The notes: a model not told the origin generated them from the sequence alone. Shown: positions 1 to 10,006, counted from the first letter of the stretch. The stretch: DNA of 64,000 bases from Lentisphaeria bacterium (GCA_017457065.1 JAFTIE010000113.1:7120-71119), one strand, 5' to 3'. Numbers and translations are program-made.

Positions 1-70
1 TCAGGTGGAAATTCTTTCAGGAGCTTTTCTGGGCGCTCATCAACACCAGTGAATTCAGCTATCATCATTG
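1..70 (+). CDS. 3' end of an upstream CDS (partial); the tail resembles DUF1553/PSD1-type proteins
   Basis: Frame 2 is open from the window edge and reads RWKFFQELFWALINTSEFSYHH, then TGA at 68-70. As I recall, a ...LxNxxEF... tail is how DUF1553-family proteins end. This was not searched. Confidence 0.3.
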
Positions 71-101
71 ATCTTCAATTTGAAGAAAGGGATCTAATAC
101 C

Positions 102-2198
102 ATGCAAAAACTCCGGAAACACCTTTTGATCGGGTCGCTTCTGGCTTTGACTCCGGTGCTCTCCGGAGCCACTGTCGGTTATGTTTATCCTGCCGGCGGA
201 CGTGCCGGAGAGACCATACAGGTCATCGTCGGCGGGCAGGGGATGTGGGGCAACAGACGGATCCATCTGGATCTTCCCGGTGTGAAGCTCCTCAAGTGTC
301 AGGGAGCTCCCGGCACATTCTACGCCGGATGCGGCGAACAGAATCAGTGGGCAAGGGAGTATATGCGCCGGGTCTTTGCCGGGGAACATCTCCAGCCCAT
401 GCGCAAGGGCAGAAATTTCGGCGTCTGGCGGTACAACCACTTTATCGAACAGCTGGATCAGCTGGATCCCCTTATGCTCTCTCTTGCGTGCAAAGGGATC
501 TTTGAGCGTCCCAACAGCCTTCAGGCAAGTCCCGCCATCGGGCAGAAACTTGTCCTGACACTGAAGATCGACAAAAATGCCGCTCCCGGTCCCAGGGAAC
601 TGCGGATCCTCACAGGGGGCGGCGGACAGTGCCGGGGGACCAATCCTCTGCTCTTCTATGTGGGAAAACACCCTGAGTTCCGGGAACAGAACTATCAGAT
701 GCCCCCCTTGAAAAGAAAGCCTGTGGAATTCACACTCCCCGGTGTGGTCAACGGACAGATCGAACCAGGAGAGGTGGATCACTTCAAATTCCGCCTCAAA
801 AAGGGGCAGAGCTGTCACTTTGAACTCCTGGGCAGAAAGCTCAATCCCTTCATCGGTGACGGTGTCCCCGGAAACTTCCAGCCCGTACTGGCGGTGAAGG
901 ATGGGGCAAACAAAGTCCTCGCTTTTGCCGATGACAACTACTTCGACCCCGACCCGGTGCTTTCCTTCACCGCCCCTGCCGACGGTCTTTACACCCTTGA
1001 AATCAGAGATGCCCTCTACCGGGGACGGGAGGATTTCGTCTACCGGATCAATGCAAACATGGGCAAATATGTGCGCAAAGCTCTGCTGCCTCCGGCTTTG
1101 AACATCCCTGAGATCTGCGAACATGCCGCTGCAGATAAAGTTCTTGACAAGCCCATTCTCATTTCGGGAACAGTCTCAAAACCGGGAGAGGAAAAGAGCT
1201 TCAAGTTCAAAGCCGGAGAGGGAGAAAGGGTCGTTGCCGAACTTTTCGGACGCCGTCTGGGTTCTCCTCTTGACGGCGCTTTGAAGATCATCGCTCCCGA
1301 CGGGAAACAGATCGCTTTCAACGATGACTTTGAACGTCCCAATATCGGGCTCAATATGCAGCATGTGGATCCTTACATCAACTTCAAAGCCCCCGCCGCC
1401 GGAGTCTACACTGTGAAGCTTACCGACACTGCCGGAGCGGGAGGCAGGGATCATCAGTTTTTCCTGCGCCTTGACCGCCCCAGACCGGATTTCAGAGTTT
1501 ACATGGTCCCCTCAGGGGTGTGGCTTTCTCCTGATAACGGCGCCGATCCCGTAAAGCTGGTGGTTGAAAAGATGGACGGTTTCAATGGAGAAATTTCCTT
1601 TGAACTCAAAAATGCCGGGACCACATCTCTCTGCGGGATCAGATCCATTCCCAAAGGAGCCTCCGAAAGTCAGATCACGCTCCGTACCGGGTGGCAGAAA
1701 GGGGAGTTTCCACCTGTCTACCCTGAACTGTGGGCGATCCACGGACGTACCCGTCGCAGAGTCATTGGCGCTGATGCCGCCATGCAGGCATTTGCCTACA
1801 CCCATTATGTACCTTCCCGGCAGCTGATCTTCATGCGCACCTGGCTCCACGGCAACGGAGACCGTTTCAGGTGGCAGGAAAAGTTCAACCACAAAGTCAC
1901 CTTGCGCAAGGGAAAAACTCTTTCGGTCCCCGTCAGATACTACGGAGCCAAACATCTGAAGGACCCCAATCCGGAATTCACTCTCCCTGATGCCCCCAAG
2001 GGCGTGACCATGAGTGTAAAAAGGGTAAAAGATATGTATTTTCTTACATTCAAGGCTGATAAAAACGCGCCTGCGTGCAGTGTCAATGTGCCTGTGAAGG
2101 TCAAATTTTCTTACAAAACGTGGCACGGACGCCGCAAAGAGTGGCTGCCTTCAACCACCACCTTCCATCTCCCCATGATCCGTATAACTGTCAGGTGA
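102..2198 (+). CDS. Secreted protein with two pre-peptidase C-terminal (PPC)-like beta-sandwich domains
   Basis: 698-aa ORF with the signal peptide MQKLRKHLLIGSLLALTPVLSGA. Two segments show a PPC-like pattern: GEVDHFKFRLKKGQSCHFEL...FTAPADGLYTLEIRD and GEEKSFKFKAGEGERVVAEL...FKAPAAGVYTVKLTD. The overlapping antisense ORFs carry no motifs. Confidence 0.7.
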   Translation: MQKLRKHLLIGSLLALTPVLSGATVGYVYPAGGRAGETIQVIVGGQGMWGNRRIHLDLPGVKLLKCQGAPGTFYAGCGEQNQWAREYMRRVFAGEHLQPMRKGRNFGVWRYNHFIEQLDQLDPLMLSLACKGIFERPNSLQASPAIGQKLVLTLKIDKNAAPGPRELRILTGGGGQCRGTNPLLFYVGKHPEFREQNYQMPPLKRKPVEFTLPGVVNGQIEPGEVDHFKFRLKKGQSCHFELLGRKLNPFIGDGVPGNFQPVLAVKDGANKVLAFADDNYFDPDPVLSFTAPADGLYTLEIRDALYRGREDFVYRINANMGKYVRKALLPPALNIPEICEHAAADKVLDKPILISGTVSKPGEEKSFKFKAGEGERVVAELFGRRLGSPLDGALKIIAPDGKQIAFNDDFERPNIGLNMQHVDPYINFKAPAAGVYTVKLTDTAGAGGRDHQFFLRLDRPRPDFRVYMVPSGVWLSPDNGADPVKLVVEKMDGFNGEISFELKNAGTTSLCGIRSIPKGASESQITLRTGWQKGEFPPVYPELWAIHGRTRRRVIGADAAMQAFAYTHYVPSRQLIFMRTWLHGNGDRFRWQEKFNHKVTLRKGKTLSVPVRYYGAKHLKDPNPEFTLPDAPKGVTMSVKRVKDMYFLTFKADKNAPACSVNVPVKVKFSYKTWHGRRKEWLPSTTTFHLPMIRITVR

Positions 2199-2202
2199 AC
2201 TC

Positions 2203-3279
2203 ATGAAAAAACACGCATCCTTTACTTCCGTTCCGGGTATTGAAGAACACTTTTTCACCCTCACTGCCCCCGTCAGAGAAAGTTTTGCTGAGGATCTGGA
2301 AGAGCTTCTTGAAAACTATGATGCACTCCTGACACAATACGGCTGTGGCGTTGAAGATGAATTTCTGCTCCGGTTCCACCTGAGCGATCCTGCCAATCAG
2401 GAGTCTGTGCTCCGGGAACGTCTGGGGGAAAGAGTTTCTTTCGTCTCAGTGGTGGGACAGGCACCTGTCAACGCACGGATCGCACTGGAAAGCTGGTGCT
2501 GGAAAGATTGGCGCTCCATGAAAAATTACACCCCTTACTGGTTCCGGAGCGATACCGTAAGGCAGAGCAGCTATGACCAGATGGCAGCTGAGTTTGCAGA
2601 ACTTGACGGATTCATCGCCTCAAAGAAGCTCTCTGTGGAACTCAACACTGTGCGGACATGGATCTACTGCAAAGATGTGGACAATAACTACGCCGGACTC
2701 GTCAAAGCCCGCAACGACTACTTTGCCACCCGGGGCATGACGAAAGATACCCATTTCATCACCAGTACCGGCATTGCCGGAGAATGCGGTGACCCTCACC
2801 GGCTCGTCCGGATGGACTCTTTGAGTTTCAGCAATATCAAAAGAGAACAGATCCAGTTCCTCTACGCCCTTGAAAACTTGAGCCCCACCGCCATTTACGG
2901 CGTCAGCTTTGAAAGAGGGACCCGGATGATCTGGGGCGACCGTTCACACTTTTACATTTCGGGCACCGCCAGTATCGACAAAAAAGGTGAAGTGCTCCAC
3001 GTGGGCAACGTGCGGCTCCAGACCCGCCGGATGCTGGAAAATATCAAGGCGCTCCTTGCAGAAGGAGGTGCTGATCTTTCTCACATCAAATGGGGAACTC
3101 TTTACCTGAGAGACAAGGCAGATGCCTCCATCGCCCTTGAGGAACTCGCCCGTGCCGGTATTCCAGGTACCTTGCCCCTTGTGGTGCTCCAGGCGCCTGT
3201 ATGCCGTCCTGCGTGGCTGGTGGAAATGGAGTGTATCGCCGTCAAAGAAGAAAACAATCCCTTCCCTGTGCTGGGTTGA
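2203..3279 (+). CDS. FkbO/Hyg5-type chorismatase-like protein with a C-terminal RidA/YjgF-fold domain
   Basis: 358 aa. The C-terminal ISGTASIDKKGEVLHVGNVRLQTRRMLENIKALLAEGGADLSHIKWGTLYLRD...LVEMECIA is RidA-like. The preceding VRTWIYCKDVDNNYAGLVKARNDYF matches the chorismatase-family pattern as I remember it. It starts 2 nt after the upstream stop. Confidence 0.55.
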   Translation: MKKHASFTSVPGIEEHFFTLTAPVRESFAEDLEELLENYDALLTQYGCGVEDEFLLRFHLSDPANQESVLRERLGERVSFVSVVGQAPVNARIALESWCWKDWRSMKNYTPYWFRSDTVRQSSYDQMAAEFAELDGFIASKKLSVELNTVRTWIYCKDVDNNYAGLVKARNDYFATRGMTKDTHFITSTGIAGECGDPHRLVRMDSLSFSNIKREQIQFLYALENLSPTAIYGVSFERGTRMIWGDRSHFYISGTASIDKKGEVLHVGNVRLQTRRMLENIKALLAEGGADLSHIKWGTLYLRDKADASIALEELARAGIPGTLPLVVLQAPVCRPAWLVEMECIAVKEENNPFPVLG

Positions 3280-3339
3280 AAAAAGGGTGCTGCTCAAAAA
3301 AATCGTGCAGTACCCTTTTTGTATTCTGCTGAAGAACCT

Positions 3340-4572
3340 TCAGCCTTTGAGAGCATGGTCAAAGGCGTCCATGTAGCAGCGCCAGTCGGAAACCACCATA
3401 TCATGTTTTCCTTCACGCAAATAATAGCTCATATCCGTGCCCACAGGCACTTCGGGCGCAGGGGGCTCCGCAGAGGTCAGAACCTCTTTTCCATAAAGAG
3501 CGTAGACAGGAGGGGCATTGTAAAGTGACATATACTCACCTCTGGGGTCCGCCCACTGATCCTCAGTGGCACTGTGGACCGCCACCGCACGGGGGGCGAT
3601 GAGAGCAATGAGCTGGTGCTGGTCGATGGGGAGCTTTTCAGGGGCTTCGCAATCTTTGTACATGGTATGGGTGAACCAGTAGTGTCCGAAACCATCCTCT
3701 TTCTGGCGGCACATGCAGAAAAGAGTTTCCCCGTAAAGTCTGCGGTTGGGGGCGGCGCCGCCGCATCCGGAGTCATTGACACAGACCAGCTTGAAGCGGG
3801 TATCTTCGGCGCCTGCCCACAATGCGGTCTTCCCCAGACGGGAGTGTCCGAAAACCGCCGCTTTTGAAGCATCGATCTCAGGAACTGTTTCCAGACAGTC
3901 CAGCATACGGGAAAGTCCCCACGCCCAGACGGAAATGGCAGACATATCTTCGGGGCGGGGATCAAACTCATCGTCTGACAGGAAAAGGGGGAGTATGCTC
4001 TTCTTCCACCCGGCGCAGGCATCGGGGAAGAAGTCATGGTAGGAGCAGATGGCAAGAGCAAAGTTCCGTTCCATAAATTCCTTCAGAGGGAACCGCCGGG
4101 TCTGGGCACCGGGAGTACGGTCAAAGGAGCGGAACTCCTCTCCCGTCACGCCGGTGACTATGATATCGGGATCATCACTTATGACATGGTTGCCGTGGAA
4201 GGTCAATCCCGTAAAAACCGGCACAGGCTTTTCCCCATTTGCTCCAGAGGGAATGAAAAGAAGCATCACGGCCTTATGGGAGCGGCCGTTGTTCATGGAA
4301 AATTCAAGCTCGATCTGCCGCATGACGGCAGTTCCGTCAACAGCATTTTTCTTTTCGTGGAGCACTTTGTAAGTGACCTTGTCCGGCAGGGGCAGCCGTC
4401 TGCCGTACATGATCTTGCGGAACTGCTCCAGCAGGGCAGCCCGGTTGGCTTCCCATTCAGCGGTGCTGGTGATCGGAGTTCCGTCAACGGCTTTCAGAGG
4501 ATCCGGCAACACAAAGGGAGGGACCTCATTTTCATCGTAATTGGCGACCCAGGGGATTTGCTGAACGTACAT
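3340..4572 (-). CDS. Carbohydrate esterase family 15 (glucuronoyl esterase)-like serine hydrolase
   Basis: 410 aa. It has a G-x-S-R-x-G-K nucleophile motif (FGHSRLGKTALWAGAED), then VNDSGCGGAAPNRR and a late REGKHDMVVSDW (catalytic His region). These are typical of CE15. Confidence 0.65.
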   Translation of the reverse strand: MYVQQIPWVANYDENEVPPFVLPDPLKAVDGTPITSTAEWEANRAALLEQFRKIMYGRRLPLPDKVTYKVLHEKKNAVDGTAVMRQIELEFSMNNGRSHKAVMLLFIPSGANGEKPVPVFTGLTFHGNHVISDDPDIIVTGVTGEEFRSFDRTPGAQTRRFPLKEFMERNFALAICSYHDFFPDACAGWKKSILPLFLSDDEFDPRPEDMSAISVWAWGLSRMLDCLETVPEIDASKAAVFGHSRLGKTALWAGAEDTRFKLVCVNDSGCGGAAPNRRLYGETLFCMCRQKEDGFGHYWFTHTMYKDCEAPEKLPIDQHQLIALIAPRAVAVHSATEDQWADPRGEYMSLYNAPPVYALYGKEVLTSAEPPAPEVPVGTDMSYYLREGKHDMVVSDWRCYMDAFDHALKG

Positions 4573-4597
4573 TTTTTATGCTCTCCTTAAAATTACC

Positions 4598-5158
4598 TCA
4601 GTAGTTTAAAGCCAGAACAAAGGTCTGGAGTTTGGCATCGATGCCCACCCCCAGTTCCCGCTGGGCGGCGATGAAGTTTGCAAGCTCATTACGGGGAACG
4701 GTAAAGACCTCGATATCCTCATTTTCCTCAGGATGAGCAGCAGGAGCGTGATCTTTGTAATACTCCCCGTCAATTTCCATGGCGACCAGAGTCACTGTTT
4801 CGCCCGACATGCCGGGAGAGCTGTTTCCGGGGGGCAGACAACTGACCACTTTGCCGTTGTAGCCTGTTTCTTCGCTCAATTCCCTGACCGCCGCCGTTGC
4901 GGCATCCTCGCCGGGATCGATGAGACCTGCGGGAAATTCAAGAACCATTTTCCCCGCCGGAGCACGGAACTGGCGCACCAGAATAAAAGCATCATCGGGA
5001 ACGATCCGGGGAATGATCAACGCCGCCCCTGAAGAGTTGGTACGGCTCACAGCCTCCCACTTCCTTTTGATCCCCCGGGCATCGGTAAAGTCGATCAAGT
5101 CCATATTGAGAAATTTTCCGCCTGCCACCCGGGTCACCTTATCTATTACTGCTGCCAT
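4598..5158 (-). CDS. NUDIX hydrolase (ADP-ribose pyrophosphatase-like)
   Basis: The Nudix box GLIDPGEDAATAAVRELSEETGY is present. I chose the start at the ATG of MAAVIDKV because AGGAAA lies 5 nt upstream. The ORF stays open to 5224. Confidence 0.8.
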   Translation of the reverse strand: MAAVIDKVTRVAGGKFLNMDLIDFTDARGIKRKWEAVSRTNSSGAALIIPRIVPDDAFILVRQFRAPAGKMVLEFPAGLIDPGEDAATAAVRELSEETGYNGKVVSCLPPGNSSPGMSGETVTLVAMEIDGEYYKDHAPAAHPEENEDIEVFTVPRNELANFIAAQRELGVGIDAKLQTFVLALNY

Positions 5159-5490
5159 AATATTTCCTTTCTGCATATTTTTACTACAAAAATATAAAAT
5201 GCACTTGAAAAATCGAAAAATCAAGTTATTTTATATAAAAGACCGCAAAAAAGATTCCAAATACCCTGTGAAACACAGTGTCTTCACTATTCCACTGAAT
5301 TTATAAATGGATTCCGGGCACTGCTGTGGTTAAAAATTCTTTTCACCGGCTCTTGAGGCAATTTAATTTTTTTGCCGGGGAGCGTTGTTCTTGTGGACGT
5401 GTGACTCTTGAGTGCATCCTTTTTTGATGCCCATATCGTCATCCTGAAGTACTCTCCGGAAAATTTTCATTTCTGACCGGAGTGTTTTTT

Positions 5491-6081
5491 ATGATACTGG
5501 GGCTCACCGGCGCCATCGGCTGCGGAAAAAGTACCGCGTGCAAATATTTTGTCAGGAGAAACTGGCGTCTTTTTGATGCAGATGCCTGTTGCCATCAGCT
5601 CTACGCCGACCCCGGATCTCCATTGTGCCGGGAGATCCGAAAAGAGTGGGGGATGAGCTGTTTTGCTTCTGACGGGACCATTGACCGCAAAGCTCTTGCC
5701 CGTCAGCTCTTTGCTTCGGAACAGGAAATGGCAAAACTCACCGCCATGCTTTATCCGGCGCTTTTCGGTCAGATGGAACAGGAGATCGCCCGGGCACGGC
5801 ATGAGAAGGTGCATCTGCTGTGTGAAGTGCCTCTGCTCTTTGAGTGCGGCACTGAAAAATATTTTGACCATACCGCAGTGGTTTGGTGTTCCAGAGAAAT
5901 ACGGCATGAAAGACTGTGCCGTTTCAGGGGGTTCACTCCTGAAGAGATCGCCGGCAGAGAAACTCGCCAGTGGTCTGCAGAAAAAAAACTTGAAGCGGCA
6001 GATATCGCTTTCATCAACAACGGCGGAGCAGAGTTTCTTTACCGCCAGATAGAGGATTTTATCAAGGAGTTAGAAATATGA
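5491..6081 (+). CDS. coaE: Dephospho-CoA kinase
   Basis: It begins [15 protein letters not shown] (P-loop at the extreme N-terminus, typical of CoaE). GGAG lies 8 nt upstream of ATG 5491. The stop overlaps the rho start (ATGA). Confidence 0.85.
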   Translation: MILGLTGAIGCGKSTACKYFVRRNWRLFDADACCHQLYADPGSPLCREIRKEWGMSCFASDGTIDRKALARQLFASEQEMAKLTAMLYPALFGQMEQEIARARHEKVHLLCEVPLLFECGTEKYFDHTAVVWCSREIRHERLCRFRGFTPEEIAGRETRQWSAEKKLEAADIAFINNGGAEFLYRQIEDFIKELEI

Positions 6082-8099
6082 GCAACGAAAACAGCGAAAA
6101 AACCTCCATTGTTCCGGCAGCTGAACAGACACAGGGCCCTGCCGCAACACCTGCCCCCAGAAAACGGGGGCGTCCCCGCAAGAATCCTCTCCCGGAAGAA
6201 AAAAAGAGTGAAGTCACCCCGGCGGTGACTGAAAATACCCTCCCTGCCGGAAAGAGTGACGCTCCCGAAGAAAAGGTTCCCGCAGAAAAAAAACCGGTAA
6301 CTCCCGGTGCTGTTGAGGCTCCGGAAAAAGAAATTTCTGCCCCGCAGCCTGCACCTCAGAGTGCATTGCCCCCCATGCCGGTTCCCCCTGAGAGTGCTCC
6401 GCAGCCCTCTGATTCTGCTGCTCTTCCCAAAAATGATGCAGCTCCCGTTCCTGAAGATAAGCGCTTTGAGGTGCGCCGGGATGAAAACGGCAGGGACCGT
6501 AAAAAAATGCGAGACCGCAATGACCGCAATGACCGCAATGACCGCAACGATCGCAAAAAAATGCGGGACCGCAACGACCGTTATGACCGGCAGGATCGCA
6601 ACGACCGTTATGACCGGCAGGATCGCAACGACCGTTATGACCGGCAGGAGCGCTATGACCGCCAGGACTACCGGGATTATCGGGAACGGGAATACCGGGA
6701 ACGGGAATACCGGGAACGGGAATACCGGGAACGGGACTACCGGGATTACTGCCGTCCGGAACGGGTACCGCAGGAAAAAGGGGATTACCGTGAATACAAG
6801 GAGATCCCCCCTGAGGCGATCATCCGTGATCCCACTGCTCCCAGCTTGAATATCGCAGAGCTCCAGGGAAAATCCATGGACGAACTCACCGCCATGGGCA
6901 CGGAACTGGGCATTGAAGGTATCGGCGCTCTTGAAAAGTCCGCTTTGATCTTTGAGGTGTTGCGCGCCAACGCTGAGAAAAACGGTTTCCTCTACGGCAG
7001 CGGATATCTGGAAGTGCTCCCGGAAGGTTTCGGTTTTTTGCGCTCCCCCGAGTACAGCTACATGCCCAGTTCTGAAGATATCTATGTCAGTACCTCTCAG
7101 GTCAAACGCTTCTCTCTCAAGACCGGTGACTTCGTGACGGGGCAGATCCGCACCCCCCGGGAAAAAGAACGCTTTTTCGCCATGCTCAAAGTGGAGTCCA
7201 TCAACAACGATGTGCCGGAGCGGAAGAAAAATATCATCCCCTTCACCAGTCTGGAACCCTATTTCCCCACAGAAAGACTGGTGCTGGAAAACAATCCTGC
7301 CGAATACTCCACCCGTGTTGTGGATCTTGTCACCCCCATCGGCAAAGGTCAGCGCGGTCTTATCGTGGCGCCTCCCCGTACCGGTAAGACGGTGCTGCTG
7401 CAAAAGATCGCTCAGAGCATCCGTAAAAATAATCCTGAGGTCCAGCTCATCATACTGCTTATTGATGAACGTCCCGAAGAGGTGACTGATATGAAGCGGG
7501 TCATCGACTGCGAAGTGGTCAGTTCCACCTTTGACGAACCCCCGGAACGTCACGCACAGGTGGCTGAAATGGTCATCGAAAAAGCCAAACGGCAGGTGGA
7601 ATACGGCAAAGATGTGGTGATCCTGCTTGACAGTATCACCCGTCTGGCACGGGCTTACAACACGCTCCAGCCCCACAGCGGCAAGATCCTCACCGGCGGT
7701 GTGGATGCAGCAGCTCTCCACAAGCCCAAACACTTTTTCGGTGCCGCCAGAAATATTCAGGGACACGGCAGTCTGACCATCATTGCCACCGCCCTCATCG
7801 ACACCGGCAGCCGCATGGACGATGTGATCTTTGAAGAGTTCAAGGGGACCGGCAACATGGAACTGCATCTGGACCGCAGTGTTTCCGATCGCAGGATCTA
7901 TCCCGCCATCAACGTTCAGGCTTCAGGGACACGCAAAGAGGAACTTCTGCTCCACCCCGAAGAGCTTCAGAAGGTGTGGATACTGCGGAAATTTTTCAAT
8001 GATGTCATGCCGGCAGAAGCCATGGAAATGCTTCTCAACCGCCTGAAAAAAGTCAAAACCAATGTTGAATTTCTTTACACGCTGAGGGATACATATTGA
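6078..8099 (+). CDS. rho: Transcription termination factor Rho with a long repetitive N-terminal extension
   Basis: The C-terminal ~420 aa are canonical Rho: [21 protein letters not shown], Walker [37 protein letters not shown] and ELHLDR. The N-terminal ~250 aa are low-complexity P/E/K, then R/D/N/Y repeats. Confidence 0.95.
   Translation: MSNENSEKTSIVPAAEQTQGPAATPAPRKRGRPRKNPLPEEKKSEVTPAVTENTLPAGKSDAPEEKVPAEKKPVTPGAVEAPEKEISAPQPAPQSALPPMPVPPESAPQPSDSAALPKNDAAPVPEDKRFEVRRDENGRDRKKMRDRNDRNDRNDRNDRKKMRDRNDRYDRQDRNDRYDRQDRNDRYDRQERYDRQDYRDYREREYREREYREREYRERDYRDYCRPERVPQEKGDYREYKEIPPEAIIRDPTAPSLNIAELQGKSMDELTAMGTELGIEGIGALEKSALIFEVLRANAEKNGFLYGSGYLEVLPEGFGFLRSPEYSYMPSSEDIYVSTSQVKRFSLKTGDFVTGQIRTPREKERFFAMLKVESINNDVPERKKNIIPFTSLEPYFPTERLVLENNPAEYSTRVVDLVTPIGKGQRGLIVAPPRTGKTVLLQKIAQSIRKNNPEVQLIILLIDERPEEVTDMKRVIDCEVVSSTFDEPPERHAQVAEMVIEKAKRQVEYGKDVVILLDSITRLARAYNTLQPHSGKILTGGVDAAALHKPKHFFGAARNIQGHGSLTIIATALIDTGSRMDDVIFEEFKGTGNMELHLDRSVSDRRIYPAINVQASGTRKEELLLHPEELQKVWILRKFFNDVMPAEAMEMLLNRLKKVKTNVEFLYTLRDTY
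6511..6750 (+). repeat. Three adjacent in-frame tandem repeat families inside rho (9-bp, 27-bp, 15-bp units)
   Basis: The unit gaccgcaat occurs about 4 times ([12 protein letters not shown]). The unit gaccgttatgaccggcaggatcgcaac occurs 3 times (DRYDRQDRN). The unit cgggaataccgggaa occurs about 4 times (REYRE). All were read directly from 6511-6750. Confidence 0.9.
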
Positions 8100-8455
8100 T
8101 GAGTGCCAATTCGGAACGCAACGGCAGAATATTGAACATTATTCTGGGGATCTTTCTTGTCCTCTGGATCATCACCACAGCGGTGCTGATCCTGCCGGCG
8201 TGGCGCAATTACAGAAATGTCCGCGCCGAAGAAGACAGACAGCGCGCATTGCTGGATGCTGCCAAACTGGAACGGCAGCAGCAGCTTGAACGCCGCAAAA
8301 AACTTCTGACTTCCCCGGCGGAGATCGAAAAAGTTGCGCGGCAGAAGTACCATCTGGTGAAAAAAGGTGAAATCGTCATGCGCTATCCTCCGGAAAACAA
8401 AAGCACTTCGGGGAAACCCGAAAAAAAGTTGAAAAAATCCGGAAAAACACTTTGA
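8099..8455 (+). CDS. Septum formation initiator (FtsB/DivIC family) protein
   Basis: It has one N-terminal TM (ILNIILGIFLVLWIITTAVLIL), a coiled coil, and the family-typical EIEKVARQKYHLVKKGEIV. The ATG overlaps the rho stop (TGATG). Confidence 0.7.
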   Translation: MSANSERNGRILNIILGIFLVLWIITTAVLILPAWRNYRNVRAEEDRQRALLDAAKLERQQQLERRKKLLTSPAEIEKVARQKYHLVKKGEIVMRYPPENKSTSGKPEKKLKKSGKTL

Positions 8456-8485
8456 ATTTCATCAAAGAGCTAATATATTATGCAA

Positions 8486-8640
8486 GGTGGCAATTTCAAA
8501 ACTTCTCAAAATTGTCAAAGAGCCCTCTTCTTCGATCTGATAAAGGGAGCGTTTTTCCGCCTTCGCATAAAGCTGCGGCGGGACAAGCGGTTGTTACCTT
8601 TCCCCCTCCGCATAAAGCTACGGAGGGACAAGCCAGGCAG
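8486..8640. repeat. REP-like intergenic element: a conserved head followed by two related GC-rich hairpins
   Basis: The head ggtggcaatttcaaaacttctcaaaattgtcaaagagc recurs at 63962-64000 (about 31 of 37 positions identical by eye). Hairpin 2, ccctccg-cataaagcta-cggaggg (8604-8627), is a perfect 7-bp stem. Hairpin 1 (8567-8581 region), ccgccttcgcataaagctgcggcggg, is a degenerate copy. Both are followed by gacaagc. Confidence 0.7.
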
Positions 8641-8671
8641 CAAGTGCAAACTGCCCTTTACAGCTCTTTGC

Positions 8672-8696
8672 GAATGGCATCGAAAGCCATTTTTTG
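8672..8696 (+). terminator. Rho-independent terminator candidate after the rho-ftsB-like operon
   Basis: The stem is aatggc / gccatt (8673-8678 / 8686-8691), the loop is atcgaaa, and it is followed by a T-run (tttttg). Confidence 0.45.
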
Positions 8697-8811
8697 AATG
8701 ACTTTTGAAATTACCTCCAAGACACAGAAAATTTATTTCTGGAGCTCTTTCAACAAAACATGAACCGCCGGAGCTGCGGCTGCGGCAAATATTTTATAAA
8801 TGGGAGAAAAG

Positions 8812-9918
8812 ATGAACAAAACAACGACGACAATGCTGATGGTGGCCGGACTGATCGTTCTGGCCGGTTGCAAAACCGAAGTGATGCGTGATCGCCATTT
8901 TCAAGGTGATCCGCCCCAGGATGATCCTGTGATGCGTCAGGCGCAGCAACCACCACGTCCTATGGAAAACGGCAGTAAAATCACCGACGTTCCTGCTCCT
9001 GCGCCTGCGCCCGATCGTGGATTCCGTCCCATGGAAGGAGCATACGCCGGGGATGGCATTGAGGATGAAACGCCCCGCCGCCGTGCTCCCCGCCGGAAGG
9101 CTGCCCGGAAATCTGTCGTTCAGACAGCTCCCGGCGGTGTCTATATCGTCAAACCCGGTGATACCCTCGGCCGTATTGCCCGTCGTCATCATGTTTCTGT
9201 CAACGCTCTGCGTCAGGCAAACAACCGCACTCCGGAGCAGGATCGTTTCCTGTTTCCCGGCACCAAGCTGGTGATCCCCGGCGCGAAAAATGCTGTACCC
9301 GCTGATAAGAAAGACCGGGGCGCTGCTCCCCGTCGCCACGGTAAGAATACTCCCAAGCTCAATGCTGATGGCACCTACACCATGGTGCGCGGCGACAATA
9401 TTCCCAAAGTTGCCCGCAAATTCGGTATCCGTGCAAGGGCTCTCCAGCGTGCCAACAACCTGACTGACGAAGAGACCACACGTCTCCAGATCGGTCACAA
9501 GCTGGTGATCCCCACCGGCGATGATGTCAAAGTCGCTCCCCGGAAGAATAAACAGTCCCGTGCAAAGAAGCCTGCGCCCGCTCCTGCGCCCGCACCTGTT
9601 CCCCACCAGGACTCTGTCACTCCTCAGCCCCCTCCGCCGCCGCCGGCACCTGCGCCCGCTCCTGCGGACAATGGTACTGACACCACTCTTCCTCCGCCTC
9701 CGGCTCCCGCTGACAACAGCACAACTGTTCTGCCTCCTCCTGCCCCTGTCAGCGGCGGAACTGATTTTATGCCTGTGGCAGGCAGCAACACTCTTGAAGA
9801 GTTTGCCGCCAAGCACAACACCACTGTGGCTGAGGTCATCCGCCTCAACCCCCAGGTGGATCCCAAGGCCCCCATCAGTTCTTACGGAATGCTTTACGTT
9901 CCCCGTGCCGCAAAATAA
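8812..9918 (+). CDS. Lipoprotein with three LysM domains and a proline-rich linker
   Basis: The lipobox is MLMVAGLIVLAGC. LysM-like segments are YIVKPGDTLGRIARRHHVSVNALRQANN, YTMVRGDNIPKVARKFGIRARALQRANN and a C-terminal TLEEFAAKHNTTVAEVIRLNP. The PAPAPAPAP.../PPPPPPAPAPAP tract lies between the second and third LysM-like segments. GGGAGA lies upstream of ATG 8812. Confidence 0.8.
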   Translation: MNKTTTTMLMVAGLIVLAGCKTEVMRDRHFQGDPPQDDPVMRQAQQPPRPMENGSKITDVPAPAPAPDRGFRPMEGAYAGDGIEDETPRRRAPRRKAARKSVVQTAPGGVYIVKPGDTLGRIARRHHVSVNALRQANNRTPEQDRFLFPGTKLVIPGAKNAVPADKKDRGAAPRRHGKNTPKLNADGTYTMVRGDNIPKVARKFGIRARALQRANNLTDEETTRLQIGHKLVIPTGDDVKVAPRKNKQSRAKKPAPAPAPAPVPHQDSVTPQPPPPPPAPAPAPADNGTDTTLPPPPAPADNSTTVLPPPAPVSGGTDFMPVAGSNTLEEFAAKHNTTVAEVIRLNPQVDPKAPISSYGMLYVPRAAK

Positions 9919-9933
9919 GAGCGTTTTTTCCGG

Positions 9934-9973
9934 CTCCGGCCGCCTCTTCAGGAGGTGTCCGGAGTTTTTTTTT
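9934..9973 (+). terminator. Rho-independent terminator
   Basis: The sequence is ctccggccgcctc-ttca-gaggtgtccggag. The outer stem is ctccgg/ccggag and the inner stem is cctc/gagg. It is followed by T9 (9965-9973). Confidence 0.7.
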
Positions 9974-10006
9974 ACTCTTTTTGCGATATGATACTTGAAT
10001 TTCCGG

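Noticed and set aside
6039-7868. A 609-aa ORF antisense to rho. Similar long antisense ORFs occur at 75-1124, 8794-9816, 11377-12429, 17555-18643, 23288-24292, 24455-25489 and 32548-33606.
   Set aside because: Each lies exactly opposite a gene with unambiguous family motifs (Rho, LysM, GH36, GlgB, PgpH, RibF and so on). Their translations are low-complexity (Arg/Gly/Pro/Phe-rich) with no motifs. Stop-poor antisense frames are expected in GC-biased coding DNA.
8452-8701. ORFs of 81 and 73 aa downstream of the ftsB-like gene.
   Set aside because: They are read through the REP-like hairpins. The repeated peptide strings (PSHKAAAGQA/PPHKATEGQA, LRIKLRRDK x2) are translation artefacts of the repeated DNA.
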